Source: Octopus bimaculoides
Taxonomy: Eukaryota
NCBI RefSeq assembly: GCF_001194135.2
Contig: NC_068983.1
Span: forward strand, 156,617,462 to 156,669,762
DNA: 52,301 bases
Direction: 5' to 3'
A model generated the notes under the pieces. That model was given only the letters and a program-made list of their open reading frames with translations, did not search any database and was not told where the DNA came from. Shown one piece after another: positions 1-11,882 of the stretch (position 1 is its first letter; every line of letters begins with the position of its first letter). The translations under genes and the position numbers were made by a program.

Positions 1-16
1 TCCTGTTAACGCCCTC

Positions 17-200
17 TTAGATAGATAGATAGATAGATAGATACATACATACATACATACATACATACATACATACATACATACATAGGTAAGTAGGCAG
101 TAAGGTAGGTAGGTAGGTAGGCTGACAGACACACACAGACAGATAGATTGACAGACAAACACACAGACAGACAGACAGACAAACAGATACAGTCATATAT
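17..200. repeat. Compound tetranucleotide microsatellite (GATA)n-(CATA)n-(GGTA)n-(GACA)n
   Basis: Directly visible successive arrays. Confidence 0.95.
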
Positions 201-801
201 ATATATATCTAAGCTAAGAGCATTAGATCCCTTTGTAAGAAAGCTAGCGAATGTGTACGGCAAGAAATAACAACAGGCGTCTTTCGACTGAGAACAAATC
301 AAATTGAGCTGGCGTGTATGAAGTGAAAGCCTAAAGGCAGGAACAAAGGAGATTGACACAAGAGGTGTTGGCGGTCGGCATCCAGGCCAAGAAAGAAAGA
401 TCATGGCTGGCCAGACATCTGTCAGGTGGAAGGAGGAGAGTTGGATAGGAGACAGCGGGATTGAAGGATTAGGGGGGAAAATCAGAGACAAAGAGAAAGG
501 TACAGGAGAGATAAAAGAGTGGGAAATAGTGGGAGTTAAAGAAAGAGAGGGCCAAGAAATGTGAGAGAGAGGGGAAGCGAGAAAAATGAAGAAAAATGAG
601 AGGGAGAATAAAAGATAGAGTAAGAGTCATACAAAATTTAGATACATACCAACCATAAGGTGAGCAAAAGGCTGTACGTACACCGCTATATATATATATA
701 TATATACATATATAAATGGAACAAAAACGCAATAGAGTGCATTAAAACGTTCGGACAGATAGACGATATAAAGGCGGACAATACACACACACACACACAC
801 A

Positions 802-1608
802 NNNNNNNNNNNNNNNNNNNNNNNNNNNNNNNNNNNNNNNNNNNNNNNNNNNNNNNNNNNNNNNNNNNNNNNNNNNNNNNNNNNNNNNNNNNNNNNNNNN
901 NNNNNNNNNNNNNNNNNNNNNNNNNNNNNNNNNNNNNNNNNNNNNNNNNNNNNNNNNNNNNNNNNNNNNNNNNNNNNNNNNNNNNNNNNNNNNNNNNNNN
1001 NNNNNNNNNNNNNNNNNNNNNNNNNNNNNNNNNNNNNNNNNNNNNNNNNNNNNNNNNNNNNNNNNNNNNNNNNNNNNNNNNNNNNNNNNNNNNNNNNNNN
1101 NNNNNNNNNNNNNNNNNNNNNNNNNNNNNNNNNNNNNNNNNNNNNNNNNNNNNNNNNNNNNNNNNNNNNNNNNNNNNNNNNNNNNNNNNNNNNNNNNNNN
1201 NNNNNNNNNNNNNNNNNNNNNNNNNNNNNNNNNNNNNNNNNNNNNNNNNNNNNNNNNNNNNNNNNNNNNNNNNNNNNNNNNNNNNNNNNNNNNNNNNNNN
1301 NNNNNNNNNNNNNNNNNNNNNNNNNNNNNNNNNNNNNNNNNNNNNNNNNNNNNNNNNNNNNNNNNNNNNNNNNNNNNNNNNNNNNNNNNNNNNNNNNNNN
1401 NNNNNNNNNNNNNNNNNNNNNNNNNNNNNNNNNNNNNNNNNNNNNNNNNNNNNNNNNNNNNNNNNNNNNNNNNNNNNNNNNNNNNNNNNNNNNNNNNNNN
1501 NNNNNNNNNNNNNNNNNNNNNNNNNNNNNNNNNNNNNNNNNNNNNNNNNNNNNNNNNNNNNNNNNNNNNNNNNNNNNNNNNNNNNNNNNNNNNNNNNNNN
1601 NNNNNNNN
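802..1608. other. Assembly gap. Other N-runs: 2792-2994, 19555-19817, 22625-22997, 27167-27398, 28090-28609, 30198-30297, 32038-32047, 32363-32812, 41375-41569, 44453-44661, 45609-46500, 48517-48560
   Basis: N-runs, most bordered by (TA)n, (CA)n or (CATA)n, as expected for a short-read draft. Confidence 0.99.
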
Positions 1609-2747
1609 TATATATATATATAAATGGAACAAAAATGCAATAGAGGGCATTAAAACGTTCGGACAGATAGACGATATAAAGGCGGACAATACACACACAC
1701 ACACACACATACACACATATATATATATATATATATATTTACACACACATGAACACGTACATAAAACAAAATGTATGTCTACATTTATATACAAAAATAT
1801 ACACACATGCACATATAAATACACACATACGTACGTGCTAACATACGTAAATACATACATACATACATACAGTGCATACATAACTATCTAGCAGGAATGG
1901 GGATGCGTTGAATGTATAGGAGAAAAAATAAATATGTATCAATGGTTGAATAACAGCAAAATACCAATCATAGTTCGATTACATCAAGCACCCGAATTCA
2001 AAAGAAAAGTCAATAATAATGTTGTCACCGAAAACAAAAAGGAGAAAGAATGAAAAAGCCAAATATCAAATAAAATAAGATAAACGAATAAATGAATGAA
2101 TCAGTATAAAAAAGAATAACAACAACCAGTGATTGCAACTGTAAAAATCCAATACATTTCTGACGCTATAGAAACTTCGTTAGTATTTAGTGACCTGGAA
2201 CGAACGGTGTTTCTAGTTCGTTGAACTTATATTCAATAACTAAAAGCTGCAGCATCTAACTACTTGTAAATGGACTGCTATCACAGCTCAAAATCCCGTA
2301 CCCTTTTCATGTAGGGTTTGAGGCCCAATAAAGAAAATAAAAGCAATAAAAAATATCAAGGTTCCGGTTAGAATGCTGACATGCCTTTGTGAAATGAAAT
2401 AAAAAGGAAATGTATGGAATATTTATTAGGGTTGAACAAATTTTTTATTGGATGGGTAACATAACAAAAGGGAACAATAGCTCCACATTCTCATCGCTGA
2501 ATCAAATCTCAAAATTCTACAGAAACATTTATAAAACATTAATGCAATGGAAAACACGTCTTTTTATTCATGACACACAAACGCACGCTTGTAAAACTAG
2601 AAAACTACACGTTTTATATTGATATATATGAGTTGTTTCTATTTAGGTATGGGCGGCTGTATGAGTGAGTGTATATATATTTCTGTGACGAAAGTATTTG
2701 AAGTTATATACATGTGTTCATTTGTGTATATGTATATGTATATATGC

Positions 2748-2791
<44 letters not shown>

Positions 2792-3041
2792 NNNNNNNNN
2801 NNNNNNNNNNNNNNNNNNNNNNNNNNNNNNNNNNNNNNNNNNNNNNNNNNNNNNNNNNNNNNNNNNNNNNNNNNNNNNNNNNNNNNNNNNNNNNNNNNNN
2901 NNNNNNNNNNNNNNNNNNNNNNNNNNNNNNNNNNNNNNNNNNNNNNNNNNNNNNNNNNNNNNNNNNNNNNNNNNNNNNNNNNNNNNNNNNNNNNTATATA
3001 TAGATATATATATATATAAATGCATATATACACACACACAG

Positions 3042-3099
<58 letters not shown>

Positions 3100-3886
3100 G
3101 AGTGTGTGTGTGTGTATACATATATGTATATATAAATATTCTATAGATATATATATATATATACATATGTATACACTCATGTACACATACACACAAACAT
3201 ACACACTTACACAGGAATACATATACATACAAAACGGATAGCGTGTTTACGAACCTGCTTTTATGTGTCCAAATAAATTGCTATCGTAAGTGAAAAATGC
3301 ATGCATAAAAACTTTTCTGTGTATATCTATTGCAAGTTTATTCACGTGTGTGTGTGTGTGTGTATGCGTGTGTGTGTGTGTATGCGCATGTTTATGTGAC
3401 TGTCTGTGTTTGCCTATGCTTGTGCGTGTTTCTCAGCCCATTTCCTCCTATGTGTGTGTATGAATGTGTGTATTTTATTAGTGTATGTGTGTAGAAAATT
3501 ACAAAAATCTTTGTAAGTTTTTTAATCTGAGACCAAAGAAATCAATAACAAATGTACTTTTGTTGAAAGTTGAGAAACGCAGTTTTTAGAACTTTGTAAG
3601 TCACGCATGCTGCAGCCACATATTCGACACAGTTGCGCCGTTCCATTCCAGCAAGTGTACAAATGATTCTCAACCCTTTGAAGCCAGGAAAATACAAAAT
3701 TCTAAAGAACTAGACACACATGACAAACGAGATATATATTCTAAGTTGTAGGTACGTACGTATATAAGTATGAATGTTCGTGGATATGTGCATATGTATA
3801 CTATCTTAGAAAACAATTATTTCTCTCATGTCACATATGCAGCAATCGCGTATGTATATACTCACATACGCGCGCATATAAATATT

Positions 3887-3925
<39 letters not shown>

Positions 3926-3961
3926 CTATGTATGTACATATACATGTACACTTATATATAC

Positions 3962-3962
<1 letters not shown>

Positions 3963-4041
<79 letters not shown>
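3963..4041. repeat. (GA)n microsatellite. Similar arrays: (GA)n 29492-29572, (TG)n about 11800-11880, (GAAA)n about 40480-40660
   Basis: Directly visible. Confidence 0.95.
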
Positions 4042-4044
<3 letters not shown>

Positions 4045-4089
4045 AAGAGATCGGGTAAACTATTTGAATACGTATAAATTTTTTCTATA

Positions 4090-4330
4090 GGTTAGCCAAT
4101 CTACCGCCCATAAATTTTGCAAATCGTCTTTGACAAGATACATCGGTTCGATTGATGTTCGTTTTGAATATCTTTGAGTGAATATAGAGAGGTAGAACGA
4201 TCTAACGTTGAGGATGAAGGGTAAATTTCCCAACGAGAATTAGTTACGTGGCGGATGGATTTAGCAACTGCGTAAAGTATGAAGAGGAAGAGAGTTGGGT
4301 GATTGAGGCAGTCTTGAGTAAAGTGGATAT
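4090..4330 (-). mobile_element. Decayed Penelope-like RT fragment (N-terminal RT region)
   Basis: Minus frames give AKSIRHVTNSRW and LNVRSFYLSI, resembling the recalled NxxIRxxTxxNQW and FDIxxFYPSI motifs. A frameshift separates them. Confidence 0.45.
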
Positions 4331-5409
4331 GCATCTAGCTTATTTGGAGACTAGATGCATTCAGAGTATCATAAGAAAAGGAAGAAATAGAACAATATAC
4401 GTTGTATGAAATAAATTTTGTCGATTGCTGATGAGTTCAGTGTACTTATGTAAATAATGCACAATATAGTTATATAATTTCGGATATACGACTAGTGCTT
4501 CAATGTGGATATTCCGCAAGTTGTGAGGGATGAGGTATTTTATGATCTCCAGTAAAGAAAAATAAATATTTAGTTTGAAATCGTCACGATGCTGTATAGA
4601 GGAAGTTACAGTAAGAAAAAATCAGTTTGTGAGTTTCAACATTTATTAAAACTACGGGCGCCAGTTCTATGTCCGTGGATAAGATAGTGAAATCCAAGAG
4701 TACTTTACAATGATATTTATTGTAAGGATTGAAAAAAAATCGATGTATCACAATGAGACCTTCATACCTGGATATTCAAACCGGCTTCAGAATGGAGACA
4801 CATGCAAATACATTTAAGTATACGTGAATATTTGTTTTAGGTGGGGTGTAGTAAGTTAACTAAAACAAAAAATTTTAAAAAATGAAATATTAATACTCAT
4901 ATTTTGAATTCTTCATTACGATCGTTTCAATAATTTTATACTCTTAAGACAATTTAACCGCCACATCAGATAAAGTTACCGAAAAACCAAACCTGGAGTA
5001 TCATACAAATATTTTAGGAAATAACAAAAAGCTAAAGATAAAAATTGAACAAAACAGAGGATAAAGCATACATCAAAATTCAAATAAACAATACAAGCGT
5101 ACAAAATACAAAATTATTATGATAAAGATAGAAGAGCAATACAAGTAAAAATTCAAGAACCTCAGTCAATATATAAATAGGTCAGGTTGACATGAAAACA
5201 TCTATCTAGTTTGGACTTTTTGAATTACGAATAAAGGATTGAAAATGTTAATGATTAACTTAACGATTATTTAGGTCACAAACCAGGTACTATTCAAGGA
5301 AGTATTGTGAAGGTTTAGCACACATAATAACCTTCAAATATGCAATTTTCGTATACCCCCCACCACGACACACACATAAGCATGGATACTTACATATATA
5401 CTTACGTTT

Positions 5410-6196
5410 AATAAAAAAAGATAACTTATTTATCTAAGTTTAAATATCATCTCCTTTAAAATAGTCACCTTGCATAGCAAGTCCATGCGTTGCTTCCACT
5501 TTTCAGTGTCATTTTTCGTTGTGGATCTTGACAACGGTGTTAATACGGTGATCTTTGAGTTGCAGTTTCATGGGGGAAGAAATGGAAGTCCGCGGGTACC
5601 AAATCTGGCGAATAGGGCAGGTACGAAAGTGACCTCATATTCTTTTTGGCGAGAGATTTACAAGTGAGGAGAGTTCGGTGAAGAATCCAATTCTTCGTGA
5701 TCCACAGATCCGGTCACCTCGCCGAATGTTCTCCCTCAAACACTTCAAAACATTGCAGTAAAACTCTCGATAGACACTCTGATCCGGGGGGGGGGCGAAT
5801 TCTTAATGCACAATATTACATTTCCGGGGGTGACGCTCGTGGCAGGTCTTCCAGGTCACTAATCATCTTCTAGAGGCGTTCTTCTGCTTTTGAAGCGCAC
5901 GTGCGACTCGAAACATTGCGTACGACCAATTACCTCATCGCTGTAATCTTGCCGAAAAATGCTCAATGTCTCTGTAGCAGACTTCCCAAGTTTAACACAA
6001 AATTTGGCTTTTTGTCCCTGTCCATGACAAAATCGCAGGCTACAGTATACACGTGATCACAAAAAACACAAATTTCACAACTTGTGAAGTAAACACAGCA
6101 ATGTCATTCGGCACATTGCCTCATGAAGGTCACTGCGAGAGCAACCGTGTGCTTCCATCTGTTGGCGCGCTACAGAACTTTCTGAATACCACCTCG
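5410..6196 (-). mobile_element. Mariner-type (Tc1/mariner) transposon relic, internally deleted
   Basis: Minus strand gives FCVKLGKSATETL...RFKSRRTPLEDD..PGRP (N-terminal HTH), FYCNVLKCLRENIRR, LPYSPDLVPADFHFFP and QGDYFKGD. A terminal-repeat-like CGAGGTGGTATTCAGAAAGTT lies at the 6196 end. Stops and frameshifts throughout. Confidence 0.9.
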
Positions 6197-6679
6197 AGAA
6201 TGTGCGCGCGTGTGTGTGTCTATTTATGTATATCTTATATTTTTGTGTATGTGTGTATATGAGTGTGTGTGTGTGTGTGATAAATACACACCACACAGAT
6301 GCATAGACATAAATATTTGTTCATTCAGCTGGACATTGACCCCAATATACACATCCATAACCACAAATATAGGGCATATTAATCAACGGAAACATTTACC
6401 TGAACAATACAACTAACCACATACTTACAATTAGATACGCAAATTATGATACATTCGTATAGCCCAGTACATAAAATATATACAAACAATTAAACAACGT
6501 ATATGCATATATTCACAACGGATATAGCTATAAACAAGTGATTCACACGAGGCAAACTTACTACCCAACAAGGCTATATTCATTAAATGGCAAAGAAGTA
6601 GATTCGCTAAGATCATAATGAAATGAGGCACAATACATTAAGTGGTGAATGATGTCCTCATTACCAATAAATTGTTACT

Positions 6680-7069
6680 GTTGTTATTGTTTGTTGTTGG
6701 CACTCCGTCGCTTACGACGTCGAGGGTTCCAGTTGATCCGATCAACGGAACAGCCTGCTCGTGAAATTAACGTGCAACTGGCTGAGCATTCCACAGACAC
6801 GTGTACCCTTAACGTAGTTCTCGGGGATATTCACAGTGTGACAAGGCTGACTCTTTGAATTACAGGCACAACAGAAACAGGAAGTAAGAGTGAGAGAAAA
6901 TTGTGGTGCAAGAGTACAGCAGGGTTCGCCACCATCGCCTGCCGGAGCCTCGTGGAGCTTTAGGTGTTTTCGCTCAATAAACACTCACAACGCCCGGTCT
7001 GGGAATCGAAACCGCGATCCTATGACCGCGAGTCCGCTGCCCAAACGACTGGACCATTGCGCCTCCACT
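6680..7069 (-). mobile_element. tRNA-derived SINE, family B (full length)
   Basis: Minus strand has A-box-like TGGTCCAGTCG, B-box-like GTTTCGATTCC and a (CAA)n-type tail. Co-linear with the copy at 48001-48365. Confidence 0.9.
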
Positions 7070-7979
7070 CCAATAAATAAGAAAGCAAGAATAGTAGTGA
7101 GATGGAAATTAAAACTCAGATAAAATATATTATTCTTAGTAGTGATAGATAATTGTTCCACCATTAGTTCATAAGGACTGCTAGAATTGAAAAGAATTAA
7201 AGGAGTCTTTTCAGAGTAGAAGGTATATATACTCATCTAACGAATGTCCAGAAGATCAATTATAAAGAATATTTATACTTGTCTTCACGAAAAACTATGG
7301 AAATGTATATCAGTTTTTGATCTTTCTATTATATTGGATCGTTTGTATGCATTATGTAGTTCATTCATGTCAATTATTTCGTGATCTTTGCAATTAAATT
7401 GAGGAAAAGAGAAGCATAAAGTAAAAAGAAAGAAATCGGGCATTACATGTATTTTAGTATATATTTTCGTACCACATAATTGAGTATCGCTGAATTTATC
7501 CAAATAGATTTTAAAGGTTCTTTTAGAATAATGATAAATTCATACTAAATTCATAACAAATAAGTCCATAGTAAATTGCTAATAGGCTTCGTTTATTTAA
7601 TAAAAAAACAATAATCTGCTGTAAACAATTCAAGTGGTTCCAGGATTACATAAACGCAAACCTCTCCAACCACGCATGGTATGGTTCGCCAGAATATACA
7701 ATTCTCTAATCCGTCTTGAATCTAACTCTTTTAGCTTATTTTAGAGACGTAGAAATCTAAGTTTTGAGTTACAACAGAGCGATTGTACATCGGTACACAT
7801 TTTTTATGTTTTTTGTTGATCATATTTAATACCTATAACTATTTTAAGCGTTTGCGCTGCTTTTATAGAATGATTTACTACGTACACATTTAATATGTAA
7901 TGAATAACAATCTCTATTATTACAACTAAATGTACAGCTCTATTCACTATATTAAAGACTCTGGCTATTATTGTATATT

Positions 7980-8460
7980 AGAATGCACCGTAGGATTCAA
8001 TATTCTTTAAAAACTAAATCGCTTAATTCCTTTATAGCATTATTAAGAAATGGCTTGCACAAGTCCAAACCATTCGTGCCTGACGAGTTATGTTTATCAA
8101 CAAGATTTGCTAAGTTAGGTATAAGTTATTTCATTTCGCTGCGCATAACATCCTTTCATACTACCCTTTTTACCAATTCCTTATTTTATGTTACATTGAG
8201 TATCATTCCTTTATTTAGTTTAGTTCTATAGTTCTACTACACGGGATGCTCGAGAATGACTGATCTATCGGATATCTACTGAATATTTATGTTGCAGCGT
8301 TGTTTCCATCTGATTACAGAATGATGGTTTAAACTAGATAATACCTTTCTTTTTATTTCTTCTACTACTTTTGTGTTGAGTGTCACCACAGAAATTACAA
8401 CTATTCGTATTTTCCATGTTAATATTCCTTTCAAGAGTCCGCTCGTACTTTCATTCATGG
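7980..8460 (-). mobile_element. Possible heavily decayed Penelope-like RT fragment
   Basis: Minus-frame TKVVEEIKRKV...VIRWKQ, KDVMRSE and VFKEY weakly resemble the family RT. Many stops. Confidence 0.3.
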
Positions 8461-8820
8461 TTACATTATGAGAAGTTTTAGCTTTATTTTTCTTATTTTT
8501 AACACGTCTACCTATTCGTCTACAATCAAAGTTTATATTCTCCCTTTATATGGAGGATTACCAAACTAAGTCCGTAGAAAATACTTCTATGTTTACCATG
8601 CGATAGTTTTCATATTAGCCAACTCGTATTTATTACCAATACCAGCAGGCTTTCTTCAATAAATTGAGGCAAAACTATTTCGAGATGCATACATATTTAA
8701 AAAACGAACTTATGTGTTTTTATATTCATTAGAACTTGTATTGCCTTTTTATTAAGCTTAATCCCTGTCCTTTACATACGTTTATTTTTCTTATATTGCC
8801 TTGTTTTAAATGCAAGAGCC

Positions 8821-9062
8821 TCTTTTACTCTTTTACTTGTTTCAGTCATTTGACTGCGGCCATGCTGGAGAACCGCCTTTAGTCCAGCAAATCGATCCCA
8901 GGACTTATTCTTTGTAAGCCTAGTACTTATTCTATCGACGTATTTTGCCGAACCGCTAAGTTATGGCGACGTAAACACACCAGTATCGGTTGCCAAGCGA
9001 TGCTGTGTGGGGGGGAACAAACACAGACATACAAACACATATATATATATATATATATATAT

Positions 9063-9136
<74 letters not shown>

Positions 9137-9300
9137 GACGGGCTTTTTTCAGTTTCCATCTACCAAATCCACTCACAAGGCTTTGGTCGGCCCGAGGCTA
9201 TCTTAGAAGACACTTGCCCAAAGTGCCACGCAGTGGGACTGAACCCGGAACCATATGGTTGGTAGGCAAGCTACTTACCACACAGCCACTCCTGCGCCTA
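8821..9300 (-). mobile_element. tRNA-derived SINE, family A, with internal (CA)/(TA) microsatellite
   Basis: Minus strand begins TAGGCGCAGGAGTGGCTGTGTGGTAAG (A box) and has GGTTCAGTCCC (B box), a conserved body and 3' end GACTGAAACAAGTAAAAGA. Seven copies in the window. Confidence 0.92.
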
Positions 9301-10301
9301 TCTTTATTTAACTATATTAACTAATATAACTATATTAACTAATTTAACTACATTAACTGATATAGTTAATTTTCTCTTTATAACCATTCTTTATTAAAGC
9401 GTCATAATAATATTCTGCCTTACCTTTAAAATTTTGCTCATTGGCCGAGAGAATCGATTTCCTAATAGATTCATTTTTCACTAGGCTATAAATAACGGAA
9501 CTTAGGTAATGAGACAGTTTATGCACGTAGTGGAGATTCTCATTTGGTTCGTAGAAATTAATATAGTTCTATATTAAAAGTGAGCATTTTGTAAAGGAAG
9601 GTAACTATTTTAGCATTTGTTTCAAAGGCAATTGTCAGTAAAAATTTGTTAAAGTATATATAGGCGTTTCTTAAGCCTTTCTGAAGCAGAGTAAGATGGT
9701 CTTACACTCTACTTCCTAATTTGGGAAAATATTTAATTATGTCATACAAAAAGTACAGACCGACAAATAATTTGAAACCGAGTAGTGGCATTTCAGTCTT
9801 AAACAGAACAACAGAAGATTTATTGTTTATACTTATGGATATTTGTTTTCTTATTTCACCTCATTTTATTTCACCTGATGCATAAAAGACATCATGGAGT
9901 CAATACTTTTCCGTCAGTGTAACACCAGTTATCTCAGATAAGAAATCATTTGTCTCTAACCACGATATCGTTCTAATTGCGGACATCAGAAGAAAAAAAC
10001 AAAATGAAACCAAAACGGACACAAATATTCCAATACTGCATTTCACAATATTAATCTGTTCAAAGATGGCTAGAGATGAAATAGGCCGGAAATATCATTT
10101 ACCGACTGGTCCTTCCTTCATGGTTACGAAGCAAATCTTTAATTGCCTCTCTATATATCTATTTATCTATGTATCTATCAATCAACCAATCAATCTATCT
10201 ATCCATCCGCCCGCTCGTCTGTCCCTCTATCTTTTTTTTATGTTGGACCACAGAATTCAACACGGTTTTTTCATTCCCTCTCTATTTATTTTCTCTTATT
10301 C

Positions 10302-10429
10302 CTTTCGGTCGAATAGCATCGGCTGAAAAGGTAAAAGACTTTTCTATATTTCCCGAGCGTCAAACTAATATACTTGCTTCTTGTTCTTACACCTGTCTTC
10401 GTCATTGTTTTCCTGTAAATTTGAACTGC

Positions 10430-10432
<3 letters not shown>
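10302..10432 (+). repeat. Degenerate copy of the hammerhead-like terminal repeat at 27937-28062, followed by (TA)n
   Basis: Aligns by eye to 27937-28062 (CTTTC..GAA.AGC....GCT.GAAA...AAAGACTTT...ATTTCCCGA.CGT.AAACTAATA...CACC..TGTCTTCGT). Confidence 0.8.
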
Positions 10433-10492
<60 letters not shown>

Positions 10493-10639
10493 ACATATAT
10501 ATATATAATGCAGTTTTTTAATTGCATGAAGTAAAAGTCGGAGGGGGACGGGATGAACTACCTGCATTACTTTGCGCTTATTCTTAATGCAAGTTTTGAG
10601 GAGTGCAGTTCGATTTTAACAGTTATTTTTATAATGCTA

Positions 10640-11075
10640 TAGTGGAAGTGACAAAGGAGCATATTCGGCATATTTTGTTTTATGAGTTCAATATAGGCAA
10701 GAACGCAACGGAAAGTACGAGGAATATTAATGCAGTACATGGGGGTTAGACAATAAGCATAAGCCAGTATCAACGGTGGTTCAAGGAACCCCGAACCGAA
10801 AAGTACAGCCTAGAAGACAAGTCGCCTCCTGGAAGATCTGTAGAGCTCGACGAGGACGTTCTGCAAACCCTGGTAGAACAAAATACCATCGTAACTGTTG
10901 AGGATCTAGCAGAGAGACTTGGATTTATTCATTCAGCCAGTCATTCAGGTCAGTGCTGGAAGGAAAACGACCATCTTTGTTTTCAAAGAGAAAGGTGTTC
11001 TTCCATCATGATAATGCTCTGCCACATACAGCGAGGATGACATTCCAAAGACTGGAGCAGTTTGAATGGCTTCTT
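10640..11075 (+). mobile_element. Mariner transposase relic, internally deleted
   Basis: VEVTKEHIRHILFYEFNIGKNATESTRNINAVHG, RWFK...SLED...GRSVELDEDVLQTLVE...LAERLG, then a jump to VFFHHDNALPHTARMTFQRLEQFEW. Confidence 0.9.
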
Positions 11076-11730
11076 TTGCAATTAAGAGAGCTTACCCCTA
11101 TATAAAAGTACGTCATTCCCGAAGAAATGATTCTTTTATCTATAGATCTGTTTTTTCTTCAAACATCTTGTGTCTAATGGGTATGTTGCCTCCATGGCAC
11201 AGTTGCAGAGACCTAATTCTTTGCTTCTATTATTTATCGTGTTGTGACTTCCATTACAAGCCTCCGCTGTCATCCTTTCTATCGGTCTAGTATTATTTCT
11301 AAGCTCCCTATGCTTAGCTGTTTGTGTACTAGTATTTCTAATGGTTTGTATTCCCTGTCCTTTGGAGGTTTTGTTATGTGTTTGGGTTGTTTGCTCTTGA
11401 CTGCTGGTTCTTAAATTATTACGCCCCACCACATTCTAGTGTGTGTTATTTTCGTTTTAGTGTCCTGGTCCCTTCTGTTGTTAGCTATTTCTACTCTTTT
11501 ACCCGGATTCGGATTATCAATATTTCCATTGATAAGTTCATTATTTTTGCTTGGTGCACTATTTTCACCGGTCCTACGGAAGTGGGATACTGAGAATTTA
11601 CTGAATGACTGACAACTAATAGTAACCATAGACGTTAAATACTGATCGATGCAGCTGACCGCAACATGGAACACATCTGAAAGCCACCACAGCATCAACC
11701 CGGATGATATATATCCCATCAAACTCATAT
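11076..11730 (-). mobile_element. Penelope-like element fragment: linker, CxC and start of GIY-YIG endonuclease
   Basis: ORFs 11411-11728 and 11136-11432 join by one frameshift and end LCNCAMEATYPLDTRCLKKKQIYR. A further frameshift gives YFYIGVS. This matches CNCxxxxxCPLDGxCLxxxxIY...YIG. Confidence 0.7.
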
Positions 11731-11819
11731 ATACAATGTTTATCGCACATTACTTTCATCTCTTACAGGAGATTTTCTGACTAGTTATTTATGTGTATGC
11801 GTATGTGTGTGAGAGAGAG

Positions 11820-11882
<63 letters not shown>

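Noticed and set aside
225-660. Minus-strand PLE terminus similar to 27480-28062
   Set aside because: Similar purine/pyrimidine architecture, but no hammerhead motif or clear sequence match.
11411-11728. GPCR TM7-like reading of LSDVFHVAVSCIDQYL
   Set aside because: No NPxxY motif, and the downstream CNC...PLD..CL...IY...YIG identifies the region as PLE-derived.
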